A stretch of DNA of 22,576 nt, from contig NIVC01002402.1 in the NCBI GenBank assembly GCA_002269645.1, positions 121,743 to 144,318 on the forward strand, written 5' to 3'. The notes under the pieces are model-generated. The model saw only the letters and a list, made by a program, of their open reading frames with translations, did not search any database and was not told the DNA's origin. Positions 1 to 11,218 of this stretch are shown one piece after another (the first letter of the stretch is position 1; each line of letters begins with the position of its first letter). This stretch comes from Macrostomum lignano. Taxonomy: Eukaryota. The position numbers and the translations under genes were made by a program.

Positions 1-332
1 ATCCTCCGAATCTATCAGATGCGGAATGTACATCCTCCTAATCTATCAGATGCGGAATGTAGATTCTCCCAGTCCAAATCTATCAGATACGGAATGGTTA
101 CGTTCTCCCAACTTATCAGATCCGGAATGTGACGTTCTCTCAGTCCAATCTATCAGATTCGATAATTACAATCTCCCAACCTATCAGATACGATATGTAC
201 AATCTCCCAATCTATCAGATACGATATGTACAATCTCCCAATCTATCAGATGCAGAATGTACATTCTCCCAATCTATTCTATCAGATACGGAATGTACAT
301 TCTCCCAATCTTTCCTATCAGATACGCGAATG
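1..332. repeat. 31/36-bp minisatellite, left part (continues off the window edge)
   Basis: Units such as TACAATCTCCCAATCTATCAGATACGATATG (31 bp) and TACATTCTCCCAATCTTTCCTATCAGATACGGAATG (36 bp) in tandem; interrupted by the mariner at TA 333-334. Confidence 0.95.
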
Positions 333-334
333 TA

Positions 335-1652
335 CGAGGGGTGATCAAAAAAGTTCTGCAACCTTTTGTTATAGCTTTTAGTATAGAATCGGGAAAAGAC
401 AAAAAACTTACACATATGCAGCTGTATCTGTTTGCTATATTTATATGCATTTTTGGCCTTCCAAATGTGCTCCAGTAAAATTTCACAGCCATATATTTTC
501 CATGTGTTTTTCAGTAGCTGATGGAAACAACAAAAGACAGTGTTCGCTTCTATATCTTTATGTGCATGCAACTTGGTTGCAAAGTGACTGAGATTCACAC
601 CCGATCTGGTGAATGTTTTAGCTGACTCTGCTCCATCATTTGACATGTTGCCCGCTGGCTGCGCCATTTCTTGGAAGGCTGGGACAGCTTCAACGATGAA
701 CCGAGGTCTGGCTGACCCCGGACATCCGTGACGAAGATGTCGGCCCATGCCGATGCAATAATTTCGTGAGGATTGAAGCATTATGCTAAGATTCATTGCC
801 TATGAGCTTGGTGTCAGCTGTGGAAGTGCTCATAACATCATGCATGAGCAACTAGGCCGCACAAGACCTGCGCTCGGTGGCGGTACCCCATCTTCTCACT
901 CCGGAGCAGCAAGCAGAGAGGGTGCGCATCTGTCGCTTGTGCTGCAAATTTTTGAGCCCCACGGCCCACGACGACTGTCGGATGTCATCACAGGAGACGA
1001 ATGTTGGATCTCCTTCTTTTACCATGAAGGATAAGCAGTCCAACATGGTCTGGCTGGCAGAAGATGAGCCAAGGCCTGAGGTGCTGAAGACCGGATTCCG
1101 CAGTCGGAAGCGGATGTTCACCATTTTTTTCAACTCTCAGGGTGTTGTATCGGTGAACATCCTTCCAGCGGGTGCCACAGTGACTGCCAGGTACTACACA
1201 GACACTGTTCTGCCAGGCGTGCTGCAGGAGCGGCAGGAACGTGCGCGAACCAGGCATGGACCTCGACTCCTGCTGCACCATGACAATGCGGCACCGCACA
1301 GAGCGGCATCAACCATGGCGTACCTGGAGCAGCAGGGGGTCCGGCTGCTGCCCCATCCACCCTACTCTCTAGACCTAGCACCTTGCGACTTTTGGCTGTT
1401 CCGAGGATCAAATCCGTCATTTCTGGGAGGCCGTTTTCACGCATGCAAGACCTTGCCCAAGCGGTACATTCAGCTCTACAGGCATACCAACTTCGGAGTA
1501 CCAGGACTGCTTTCAGACATGGTGCACACGGATGCGACGGTGCATAGATAGTGGTGGAAAGTACTTTTAGGGAATGTGACACTGATTAGACGCCTCGGCT
1601 GCTGTAGCACAGAGTTGTGAGGTCACTTGCAGAACTTTTTGATCACCCCTCG
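335..1652 (+). mobile_element. Mariner (Tc1/mariner, DD34D) DNA transposon, full length 1318 bp, decayed
   Basis: TIRs CGAGGGGTGATCAAAAAAGTTCTGCAA (335-361) and TTGCAGAACTTTTTGATCACCCCTCG (1627-1652; one-base indel in the A/T run); TA duplication at 333-334 and 1653-1654; internal transposase remnants. Confidence 0.97.
521..1579 (+). pseudogene. Mariner transposase pseudogene
   Basis: ATG 521 (METTKDSVRFYIF...), SG*P for SGRP (stop 713-715), W(A)VPHLLT motif, TGDECW (D1), LLHHDNAAPH (D2), HPPYSLDLAPCDFWLF (D3) with 34 residues between D2 and D3, C-terminal GGKYF*GM*. Motifs are split across frames by several frameshifts and stops. Confidence 0.95.
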
Positions 1653-2361
1653 TACATTCTCCCAATCTTTCCTATCAGATACGGAATGTACATTCTCCCA
1701 ATCTTTCCTATCAGATACGGAATGTACATTCTCCCAATCTATCCTATCAGATACGGAATGTGCATTCTACCAATTTATCAGATGCAGAATGTACATTCTC
1801 CAAGTCTATCCTATCAGATACGGAATGTACATTCTCCCAATCTATCCTATCAGATACGGAATGTGCAGTCTACCAATTTATCAGATGCGGAATGTACATC
1901 CTCCTGATCTATCTGATGCGGAATGTAGATTCTCCCAGTCCAAATCTATCAGACACGGAATGGTACGTTCTCCCAACTTATCAGATCCGGAATGTGACGT
2001 TCTCTCAGTCCCAATCTATCAGATTCGATAATTACAATCTCCCAACCTATCAGATACGATATGTACAATCTCCCAATCTATCAGATACGATATGTACAAT
2101 CTCCCAATCTATCAGATGCAGAATGTACATTCTCTCAATCTATCCTATCAGATACGGAATGTACATTCTCCCAATCTATCCTATCAGATACGGAATGTGC
2201 ATTCTACCAATTTATCAGATGCGGAATGTACATTCTCCAAGTCTATCAGATACGGAATGTGCAGTCTACCAATTTATCAGATGCGGAATGTACATTCTCC
2301 AAGTCTATCAGATACGGAATGTGCAGTCTACCAATTTATCAGATGCGGAATGTACATTCTC
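1653..2361. repeat. 31/36-bp minisatellite, right part
   Basis: Same units as 1-332, resuming exactly at the duplicated TA. Confidence 0.95.
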
Positions 2362-3144
2362 TTGTGCAGAGAAAGATCAGCAACAAGACACTCCTAGACC
2401 TGAAAAACTTCTCTAAGATTGACAGCCATTTTTCAGAGTAAAGAAACAATTTGCATACAGTTTGCTAGCTTGCTGAATGCAAATTAGCAAAGCAGTGATA
2501 TTCTACATGTTTACCAAGCAGCATATGCTTCAGCCAATTTTTTTACATAAGAATGTCCTACATTCAACTAACGAAAAAATGTTTAAAAACAGAATACAAA
2601 CAATTTGAAAATTAGCGTTGTTATTCTATGTTGAACAATCTGAATAAAAAGGGATAGGTAAGGGGTTTAATGGCAATTTTTATGCGTTAAGGCTGAAAGC
2701 GAATTTGGGATTCCTTAGATACTTAGTTACTGTGTATTTATCGTATTAAATAATATCATAGTTTATATATCTGGGAAAAATATAATTTCAAACAAGATGA
2801 TTAGGCTTGTCTTGACAATAAACTTTTAAGCACAATTTTGAGTTGTTACAACTGAAACTTATTATTTTAACTTCTAATTTATAGTACTTCTTATTATTTT
2901 GCAATCCTAAACTGGTTAGTGTTGCGAATGCAGACAGCCAAGTCTGTTAACTGACTAGTTGCTTTCAACAACTCAATAAACAATTTCTTTTATCAAAATA
3001 AAATAAAAAGAAGACACAGAATAACTAGACAATTGAAAACTGCAATAAATAATTCGAGTAAGAAATTTACAGCTTAAAAAGCGTTTAAAGCAATAAATAT
3101 CTGCGCTACACTGGTCTAGTAATCCCCTAGCCGTGTCCTTCTCT

Positions 3145-3449
3145 AATAATAATAATAATTGATTTCACCTGCCCCAATTGGGCCAGATGTGCAACCGACA
3201 GCTCAGCCGCAGCTATTTGCGCAGCGCATCTGAAGGCTGCGTACGGCTGTTCAGTCCAAGGACTGGGGGTCGCCACACACAGCCTCAGTTACCCCAGCTA
3301 ATGCTGGCACCCATTTTACAGCTGGGTGAACTGAAGCAGTGCAGAGTTAAGTGACTTGCTCAAGGACACAAATTGTTCCAGTGGGATCGGGAATCGAACC
3401 CCCGACCTTCAAGTCGTGAGTCCGACGCTCTAACCACTAAGGCTACAAC
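3145..3449 (-). mobile_element. tRNA-derived SINE, about 305 bp, with CORE/Meta-like central domain and (ATT)n tail
   Basis: Minus strand: A box TAGCCTTAGTGGTTA (3445-3431), B box GGTTCGATTCC (3400-3390), central GTGTCCTTGAGCAAGTCACTTAAC...CAGCTGTAAAATGGG resembling the CORE-SINE domain, (ATT)n tail ~3160-3145; direct repeat CCTTCTCT at 3137-3144 and 3450-3457. Confidence 0.9.
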
Positions 3450-4517
3450 CCTTCTCTGCTAACCACCCGAAACTTGCAATAGCTATTAACAATAATGTAT
3501 AAGCCTATAAATAATAATAAAAATTTAGATAGTAAACTTTGCTTCAATTTCTACTATGAGTAGAGTGGGACAAAATTTAAACATCAATGGCAACAAAAAG
3601 CCATGTACGAATATGTGCATGAGTAACTGAAAGCAAACACAATTTACAGATAGCAATATAGATAGGAGTTTGATTGTGGCATAACTAAAACTGGGGACAA
3701 TATAAAATTATAGATAACTAATTACGAGTAAGAACCATGCTTTAGCCAGTGAGTAAAAATCAGATAAAATATTGTCCGAAGTGCTTACATCATATCAATG
3801 GTTAGAAAAATATTACCTCGTCATGGTGTCCTGTGAATTGAATATAAATAATTAAAAGACTTTCAATTGCTACAAAGCATTGAACATGATTATATTATGG
3901 CGACTCGGTAGATTGCAATATTGTGTGTGTACTGTTCTTATTAGCAGGATTGCGAATTGCGGACACAATAACAAATAAAAGTACACACAAAAGTACACAC
4001 GCCAAAGGGCGAGCAATCGTTTAAAAACATTGGTACAATTTTTTGCAGCTTAAGCAAAAATAATATTTAGTTTGCACAATAAAAACACACAAAGAGTATC
4101 CCATTTATACATATTGCACCCAATATTGTATAAACAAGCAATCAAAATCAAAATCGTATAGGAAAACTACTTATAGTAGCCGGAGAGAATATTTAAAGTA
4201 GAAAATACTTGCGGAAAATTGAAAACGGAGCGAGCAAGGGTCAAGAAGGCTGCTTACATAGCTAGTAGCATATATATTTAGCATATAAAGATAAACATAA
4301 CTTAAAAAGAAGCAGAGTTGTAGGAAATATGACTTTCATGTAAATAGAATACACTACTCAGTCACAAGTAGGCATGAGTAACTTCATGTATAATAATAAT
4401 AATAAAACAATAAAACAAAGCGAAGCGCATTATGACAATAAAGGAACAAGCAAAGATGCAAATTGTACACTACTGTGATTATTCATTACTATAAGTAGGA
4501 TGGGTGGCAGTAAGCAC

Positions 4518-4523
4518 TTTATT
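4518..4523 (-). promoter_or_regulatory. Candidate Rab10 polyadenylation signal AATAAA
   Basis: First AATAAA/ATTAAA I found on the minus strand downstream of the Rab10 stop codon; no transcript evidence. Confidence 0.3.
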
Positions 4524-4599
4524 GTATTGTAATTTTGTACCTTAGCAAAGAAAACACATATATAGCATTTTACTGATCCTATCCAGAGTGCTTAGAGTA

Positions 4600-5032
4600 T
4601 TATCCCAGTCTGTAGTGTAGTGTCTGTAACAGGGAGTTATCCCAGTCTGTAGTGTCTGTAACAGGGAGTTATCCCAGTCTGTAGTGTAGTGTCTGTAACA
4701 GGGAGTTATCCCAGTCTGTAGTGTCTGTAACAGGGAGTTATCCCAGTCTGTAGTGTCTGTAACAGGGAGTTATCCTAGTCTGTAGTGTCTGTAACAGGGA
4801 GTTATCCCAGTCTGTAGTGTCTGTAACAGGGAGTTATCCTAGTCTGTACTGTCTGTAACAGGGAGTTATCCTAGTCTGTAGTGTCTGTAACAGGGAGTTA
4901 TCCTAGTCTGTACTGTCTGTAACAGGGAGTTATCCTAGTCTGTAGTGTCTGTAACAGGGAGTTATCCCAGTCTGTAGTGTCTGTAACAGGGAGTTATCCT
5001 AGTCTGTAGTGTCTGTAACAGGGAGTTATCCC
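4600..5032. repeat. 32-bp minisatellite, about 13 copies
   Basis: Unit TATCCCAGTCTGTAGTGTCTGTAACAGGGAGT with CCC/CCT and GTAG/GTAC variants; two early units carry an extra 5 bp. Confidence 0.95.
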
Positions 5033-5292
5033 GCTATTATATTAAAGTACACTGCCATATTAAAGCACAACAAGGGACCCAGAAACTCGTATTGGAAGCA
5101 AAAAAGTTATTAAAACAAGACAAGAGTTAAGCACGCATATATAAGAATCAAAACATTTAGCCAATCTACTAAAGTCCATATATCTCACTATTACAAGGGC
5201 CATAGAAGTATTATCATAAACATTTAACAGTTATAGTTGTTACAATATTGAACGCGCTCATCAAGCTCAAGCAGGGCTCTCGAGTCTCTCTC

Positions 5293-5611
5293 TCAGCAGC
5301 ACCGGCTGCGCGAGTGGCCCCCGGCAGAGTCCTGACCAGCCCGGATGTTGCCGCCAGCTCCGCCATCAGTGCGGTCTGCCAGGCCGCCAGCCGGAGTCTT
5401 GCGCAGAATAATCTCAGTCAAGGCGCGGAACGAGGCTTCAACACCGTCGCCAGTTTTAGCCGAGGTTTCAAAGAACGGGATGTCCTTTTCTTTTGATAGG
5501 CGATGGCCTTCTTCGACGGTTACTTGGCGTTTCTCGTTTAAATCCTTCTTGTTGCCGATTAGGACGCGTTCCACTTCTTCGCTGGCGTGCTCGTCAATGT
5601 TGCGCAGCCAC
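5293..5611 (-). CDS. RAB10: Rab10 small GTPase, coding exon 3 (terminal)
   Basis: Acceptor CAG 5614-5612; encodes (R)WLRNIDEHASEEVERVLIGNKKD (G4)...FFETSAK (G5)...ILRKTP...SRSRCC* with a CC geranylgeranylation motif; phase matches exon 2. Confidence 0.95.
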
Positions 5612-5639
5612 CTGCGCGGGGTGGTTGGGTATTTTGGTT

Positions 5640-5775
5640 GTTAGGTAGGTTAGGTATAGGTTAGGTAGGGTAGGTTAGGTAGGTAAGGTAGGTAGGTAGG
5701 TACTAGGTAACTAGGTAGGTAGGTTAGGTAGGTAAGGCAGATATGGTAGGTAGGTTGGTAGGTTAGGTAGTTAGT
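5640..5775. repeat. Imperfect (TAGG/TTAGG)n microsatellite in Rab10 intron 2
   Basis: Mixed TAGG and TTAGG units filling most of the 215-bp intron 5612-5826. Confidence 0.85.
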
Positions 5776-5825
5776 CAGTGAGTCAGTCAACATTAATCAA
5801 TAAAAGATCCACAGTGCAAATCTCA

Positions 5826-6105
<280 letters not shown>

Positions 6106-6659
6106 AGAGTGAGACAAGTTGTACAATAAGATAGTACTAAAGTAACTAAACGAAAGGAAACTATTTCCTAAACCAACTACATTGCAAGCAGGCACATTAG
6201 TTCATGTAATATTTTAACTTCGCAGGAAGCTTATCCAGTTCAAACATTTGTTTGCTAGGAAACTCGGTGTTGCGCAGTACAACGCAGTGAAGCAGTTTGA
6301 ATTTAGTTACTAAAAAAGAAGATCGCAAAACTCAATTCAACAGTCTAACTGATAACAGAAGTAGTAAAAAACAGAATGCCATTTGTCTCTTTCTACTTGT
6401 GTGCCTGTCTGAGTGTCTGACACTGTTTGACTCAAACACAGACTTATCCATAATGCATGCTATATTGCTTTAATTGTTTAAGCATTTATATCATGTACTT
6501 GCAGCCACTGCTTTCCTGTTGTAGCCAATAGCTGCATAAATTTGATACAGTCAGTTATATATCAGCATCTGTGGATAGTTGGAAATAGAAATTCCCACGG
6601 CACAACCTCAGCCTGAATGTTTAGGCTCGCGAATGAAGGATACAAATGTCAAGGTCTAC

Positions 6660-6880
6660 CCTGAAGGTCAAAGAAGTACACAGTAAAGTCTGAAGATCAA
6701 GAAAGTACACTGATGTTACAATATACACTGACGAACCGAAGATCCTGAAGGTCAAAGAATGAAGCACACTGGAGATCCTGAAGGTCAAAGACAGAGTACA
6801 TAGAAGTTGAAAGAATGAAGCACACTGGAGATCCTGAAAGTCAGAGACATACCGGTAAAGTACGCAGTTCAAAGAATGAA
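6660..6880. repeat. Degenerate direct repeats in Rab10 intron 1
   Basis: Recurrent CTGAAGGTCAAAGA and AAAGAATGAAGCACACTGGAGATCCTGAA blocks. Confidence 0.7.
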
Positions 6881-6984
6881 GTTAAAATATTTTAAGGACT
6901 TTGAGGTTTGAAATTTATCAAGGTAAAAATATTCTATTAGTTGTGAAATAAATAAGTGCATAATTAAAAACAATTCAAACCCAC

Positions 6985-7167
6985 CTGCAGCTTTATCTTC
7001 TTCCCTTCAACTTCTATAGTCTTAATTTTAAAGTCTATGCCAATAGTGGAAATGAATGATGTCTGAAAAGTGTTGTCAACAAATCTGAATAGTATGCAGG
7101 TTTTGCCAACGCCAGAATCGCCAATAAGCAGCAGTTTGAATAGGAGATCGTAGGACTTCTTTGCCAT
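6985..7167 (-). CDS. RAB10: Rab10 coding exon 1
   Basis: 183 nt, [23 protein letters not shown] (P-loop)...[13 protein letters not shown]...KKIKLQ, donor CAG|GTGGGT. Exons 183+122+319 = 624 nt = 207 aa plus stop. Confidence 0.96.
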
Positions 7168-8959
7168 GTTTCTGTAGTCATGAATTGTAGCAGTTCAATT
7201 ATAATTATACTTTTAATGCTTCAATAGTTATAACTGAAAGTATAAAAATCACTTCAATCCATACATCTAAGTGCTGTTAATAAAGTGTAAAAAGTGGTAT
7301 TAAAACTTTAAAAAATTTAACTCTAAAACTAAATAAAATTATTTGAGAATGTATTTATAACACAAAACCAGGTTTGATTAGAATCAAATAATTTAGTATG
7401 AATGAAAATCCACTACTGTAACGCTTTAGTCATTTAATTTAAGTTTACAGTAATTAAGGTTTCATATTTCTTTTCAAAGAGAATAAAAACGAATCAATTT
7501 GCAAATAGAAGCAAACTAAGTCACATTTTTGGTCAGAATCGAGTCACACAGCCAATGTAATTTTAGAGTTTGCACATATAGCCTGTATTGTAGGCTTAGG
7601 CCTATTCAATAAGCCAAGGTTGAAGGAAGTGATTATTCATCTGATATTAGACAAATGTTGCTTTTTGTTCCTAACTGAGTACATTGATTAGGACTTGGAA
7701 CTTTGATCCTATCTGTGTCTTGCTATCTATGCTATCTTGCTATTTATGCTAAGAGGGTATGATAGATCCCTTTGTATACCAAGTTATATGCCAATAGTAT
7801 ATTCTAAGTCTTGTTGTATCCTAGAATTTTCTGGCATATATGTATACCCATCTAGAGTCTAGGTAATATGAACCAAAAATGAAGAAATTAGACTATTAAT
7901 AATAGTCACAATAGTTTTCCATAAATATAAAACTATATAACTATTTAACACAAAACTGATTTCCATGTTTTTACAAAGTAAAAAATTTGAAATTTTAACA
8001 AAAATTCACAATTTTTTTGTATAGAGCCTATATAAAACTTTGTTTATACTTCTTATTTTCTTATTTCTTATCTTATTTCTTATTTTTAGTTTTTACCTTT
8101 ATCTAGGCCAAATTTAAATCAAATATTACTATCACTAATGTAGTACCATATTCCATAGTCTGGAAAATAAAGAAGCCTTTATGCTAGAAATTCCAGCATA
8201 TTTTTGCTCTTGCTGACAATCTTAGTGTACACTTGGCATATAGAATTTTTAGGTTCAATATGAATTGTACATAGTCAGCATATTAAAAATAACCAAGTTT
8301 AGGGCTATCATGTAGTTAAATATCAACAAACAAAAGCTTTTTTAAAATAATGGGAAACTAGAATTTAGAAAAAATATTAATACAATTTATAAAATTGTAT
8401 TATTATATATTATTATATTAATATATTATTATATTATATTATTAATATTAGTTCTTAGCAAAAACAAATGTTAAAGTTTAGTAAAACTATTTAATTTCTA
8501 ATAATATATATGTTCTCTTAAATTAAGCCTAAAAAAATTGCACATAAACAATTCTGGGCTGTGTAATTTTTTAAAATTTATATTGGCCATGGCATAAAAT
8601 AAAAAAACATGAATTTTCATTTTGGCTCTAGCATAGGCTTATGCTATGTAGGCTAGGCCTATGCCTAAGCCTACCATGATCCAGACTATGGGTATAATAT
8701 TAGACTTAGTAGTAGGGCCTGACATTTCAAAATTGACAATTTGGAGCTTTGTGTAAGGTAATGTATTAAGCGTACATTCATTGGCATGCACTACTATTTT
8801 ATTTATAAAATGACTTTATTCATTGATTTACCTTGGTACTGGCACAAATAAAAGCAACATTATCCATCTAATACTTGATGAATAGTCATTGCCTAGTTCT
8901 CGCAACTCTAGTTTATTTAGGCCTAATATCTAGTGTTCGGCCTAGTGACCAGATTGAAT

Positions 8960-9425
8960 TAGGCAATGGTCAATTTTAATGAATTGGCAATTGTTATTTG
9001 TCCAGTTAAATTGCTTAACATAAGTATCTTATTTGCTTCATGATGAATATTCTAGATTTTTAAGACTTTTACTTGTATATTGATTAATATTTTCTTGTAT
9101 TCTAGAGTATAAGCAAAGAATTTGGCATAATTTGGTGTATAAGACACACACTACACTAGTATAACAATGAATATAGGCCCCTAATAATCACGATACAAGT
9201 AGGCCTTAAGAAGTCTTTGAAGTCTAGTAATATTTACCCTTGTGGTTTTTATGAACTAGATATTTTAGCATTATCAATTTAACTGGACAAATAACAAAAT
9301 GTCTTTTTGTCCAGTATTAACTGGATGAATAGGAAAGCATGGTCAGCATCCGCCATCCAATAACTGGACAAATAACCACATCGCTATTTGTCTGGTCACC
9401 GGACAAATAACAACTGCCTAATGAA
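8960..9425. mobile_element. Degenerate foldback / MITE-like remnant
   Basis: Perfect 23-bp inverted repeat 8991-9013 / 9275-9297 plus further GGACAAATAA copies at 9366 and 9401 and inverted partial copies near 9307 and 9385; true termini and TSD not found. Confidence 0.5.
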
Positions 9426-10121
9426 TTTGCATTACTACAGTAAACTAGGCTAGCTAAAGTAAAAATAACTATGCTTTAATCTAAGTCTAATACCTAAGAC
9501 AAAAAGAAAATTTGACAGATTGACGATGTGTGGCTACGACTAGGCCCTATGTCCTAGCCTATAGTCATAGCATAGCATAAGCCATAAGCCTATATTCCTA
9601 TAAGGCATAATAAAGCTGGGCCTAAAACTAAAACTAAAAGTAGAAGATTGGGATAAAACAGTATACTATAGCCTCAGTGTAGCATGCATGCCATTGCATG
9701 GTAGGGCGATTTTGACTGCTCTGATATCAAGTTTTCATAATTCAATCTAACTCAAACTCCACTTTACTGCTACGACCCTCGTGTCGCGGATGATGGACTT
9801 CCTATAATGCAGATACACTACACTGTACATACTGTGGTAGTCGCCCTACCACTATGAATCGATTGAATTTAATTTTAATAATAATGTGGCAGGCGAGTTG
9901 CCACGAAGTAATTAATTTGCGAATTTTTCAATTTTGAATTTTTGCATGCTAGAGTTGAAATTTTGCGTTTTTCCGTTACTTGGAGTGATGTCACTCCCGA
10001 CGTTGAATTTGCACGTTTCCCTCATTATGCATTTGCTTACCCGACGCTGGACGAGAGCCGTAGTTTTTGTTTTTTTCCATGTGTTTAATGCCGCCCCGCT
10101 ATATGCCCCTTTGCTTCCATG

Positions 10122-10156
10122 CAAGGACTTCTAGACTTCTAGTCTAGAAGTCCTTG
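10122..10156. mobile_element. 35-bp hairpin insertion with 8-bp TSD (candidate micro-hAT element 1)
   Basis: CAAGGACTTCTAGACT-TCT-AGTCTAGAAGTCCTTG (16-bp perfect arms) flanked by CTTCCATG at 10114-10121 and 10157-10164. Confidence 0.8.
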
Positions 10157-11218
10157 CTTCCATGTTTATGTCCAGCCGATGCTCCAATTTGGGAACCGTT
10201 ATTCCTTTTGTATATTTAAACGCGATGCAACATGATTTTCTGCAACCGCTGGCTTACCCTTCCTCTCCCCCGTCTCATCCTCGATCATAGTGTCGAGTCG
10301 ATTAAGTAATTTTCAATTTATCCAGCCTGCTAAATAATAACGCAACTCAATAAACTTGAACTTCCTAAATAATTATCCGTTGAACCAAAAGCCATAGTAT
10401 TTCTTGAGTCATTTGCCCGTGGGGCGTAAAATAACCAAGTTCTCAGCTCAAAGAAAGCTCCGAGACTGAATCGTTCCGTAATACGTAAATTACGGTGGTG
10501 GCAGCACTACCCGAAAGTAACTGAAAGTAACCAGCTCAGCAAATCTACACATTAAGCTACGGTGTCAGAATCTCCGGTGTTTCATCAATTGAACGGCCGC
10601 GCCGCTACAAGACCGCTCTGCTACGATTACGACTACCCTCCCCCCGGACTTGAGAACCCGGCTGTCGGAGTAAAACAGGAGAAAGATTTCGTTGTGATTC
10701 TTCTGCGCGATTTCCGGCTTTATTCTTGCGAACGCAACGCCGATCGATTTTCGAAGAAAAACTCCAATTCAAAGCCCCAGTTCATTCAATTTTCTTTCTC
10801 CGCCCCCACCTCAATATTAACACTTTATGGACTCTAAATTTACGCTCTCCCCAATTTCTGGTCCCACCTGTCCACCCCGTGGCGCAAATAATGACGTATT
10901 TTTCTGCATGCCCTTTTTCTGTTTTTTATCGTCCCATTTTCTGGTCTTGTATGCCCCTTTTATGGTTATTTTGTTTTTCCCCGTGCGTTTCTGCGGAGTT
11001 TTTCCTTTACCATGTTCTGGACCCTGGTGTCCTCTGATCGCCCCTTCCCATTTTCTGGGCTACTTTGACCACTTTTTGCGCCTTGTTTGGGTATTAACCC
11101 CCGCCCTCTTGCGCCTGTCTCCCCCCCCATGCCTCTCCCGTTTTCCCTTTCCCGTTTCTCCTTCCTTGCTGATATGCAGTCGTTGGTCCGCCCGAAAAGA
11201 AAACAGAAGTGAGTCGAG

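Noticed and set aside
26-2441. Multiple ORFs in the 31/36-bp minisatellite
   Set aside because: Periodic translations of tandem repeat with no protein homology recognised.
3380-3450. tRNA-like sequence on the minus strand
   Set aside because: Has A and B boxes but runs into a SINE body and tail with a TSD; no proper acceptor stem seen.
5640-5775. TTAGG telomere-like repeat
   Set aside because: Mostly TAGG with irregular TTAGG, short and intronic; better explained as a microsatellite.
6412-6438. Two adjacent short palindromes (6- and 7-bp arms)
   Set aside because: No flanking duplication; short enough to arise by chance.
9699-9851. 11-bp inverted repeat TGGTAGGGCGA / TCGCCCTACCA as a MITE or Helitron end
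   Set aside because: No TSD, no CTRR terminus and no second copy in the window.
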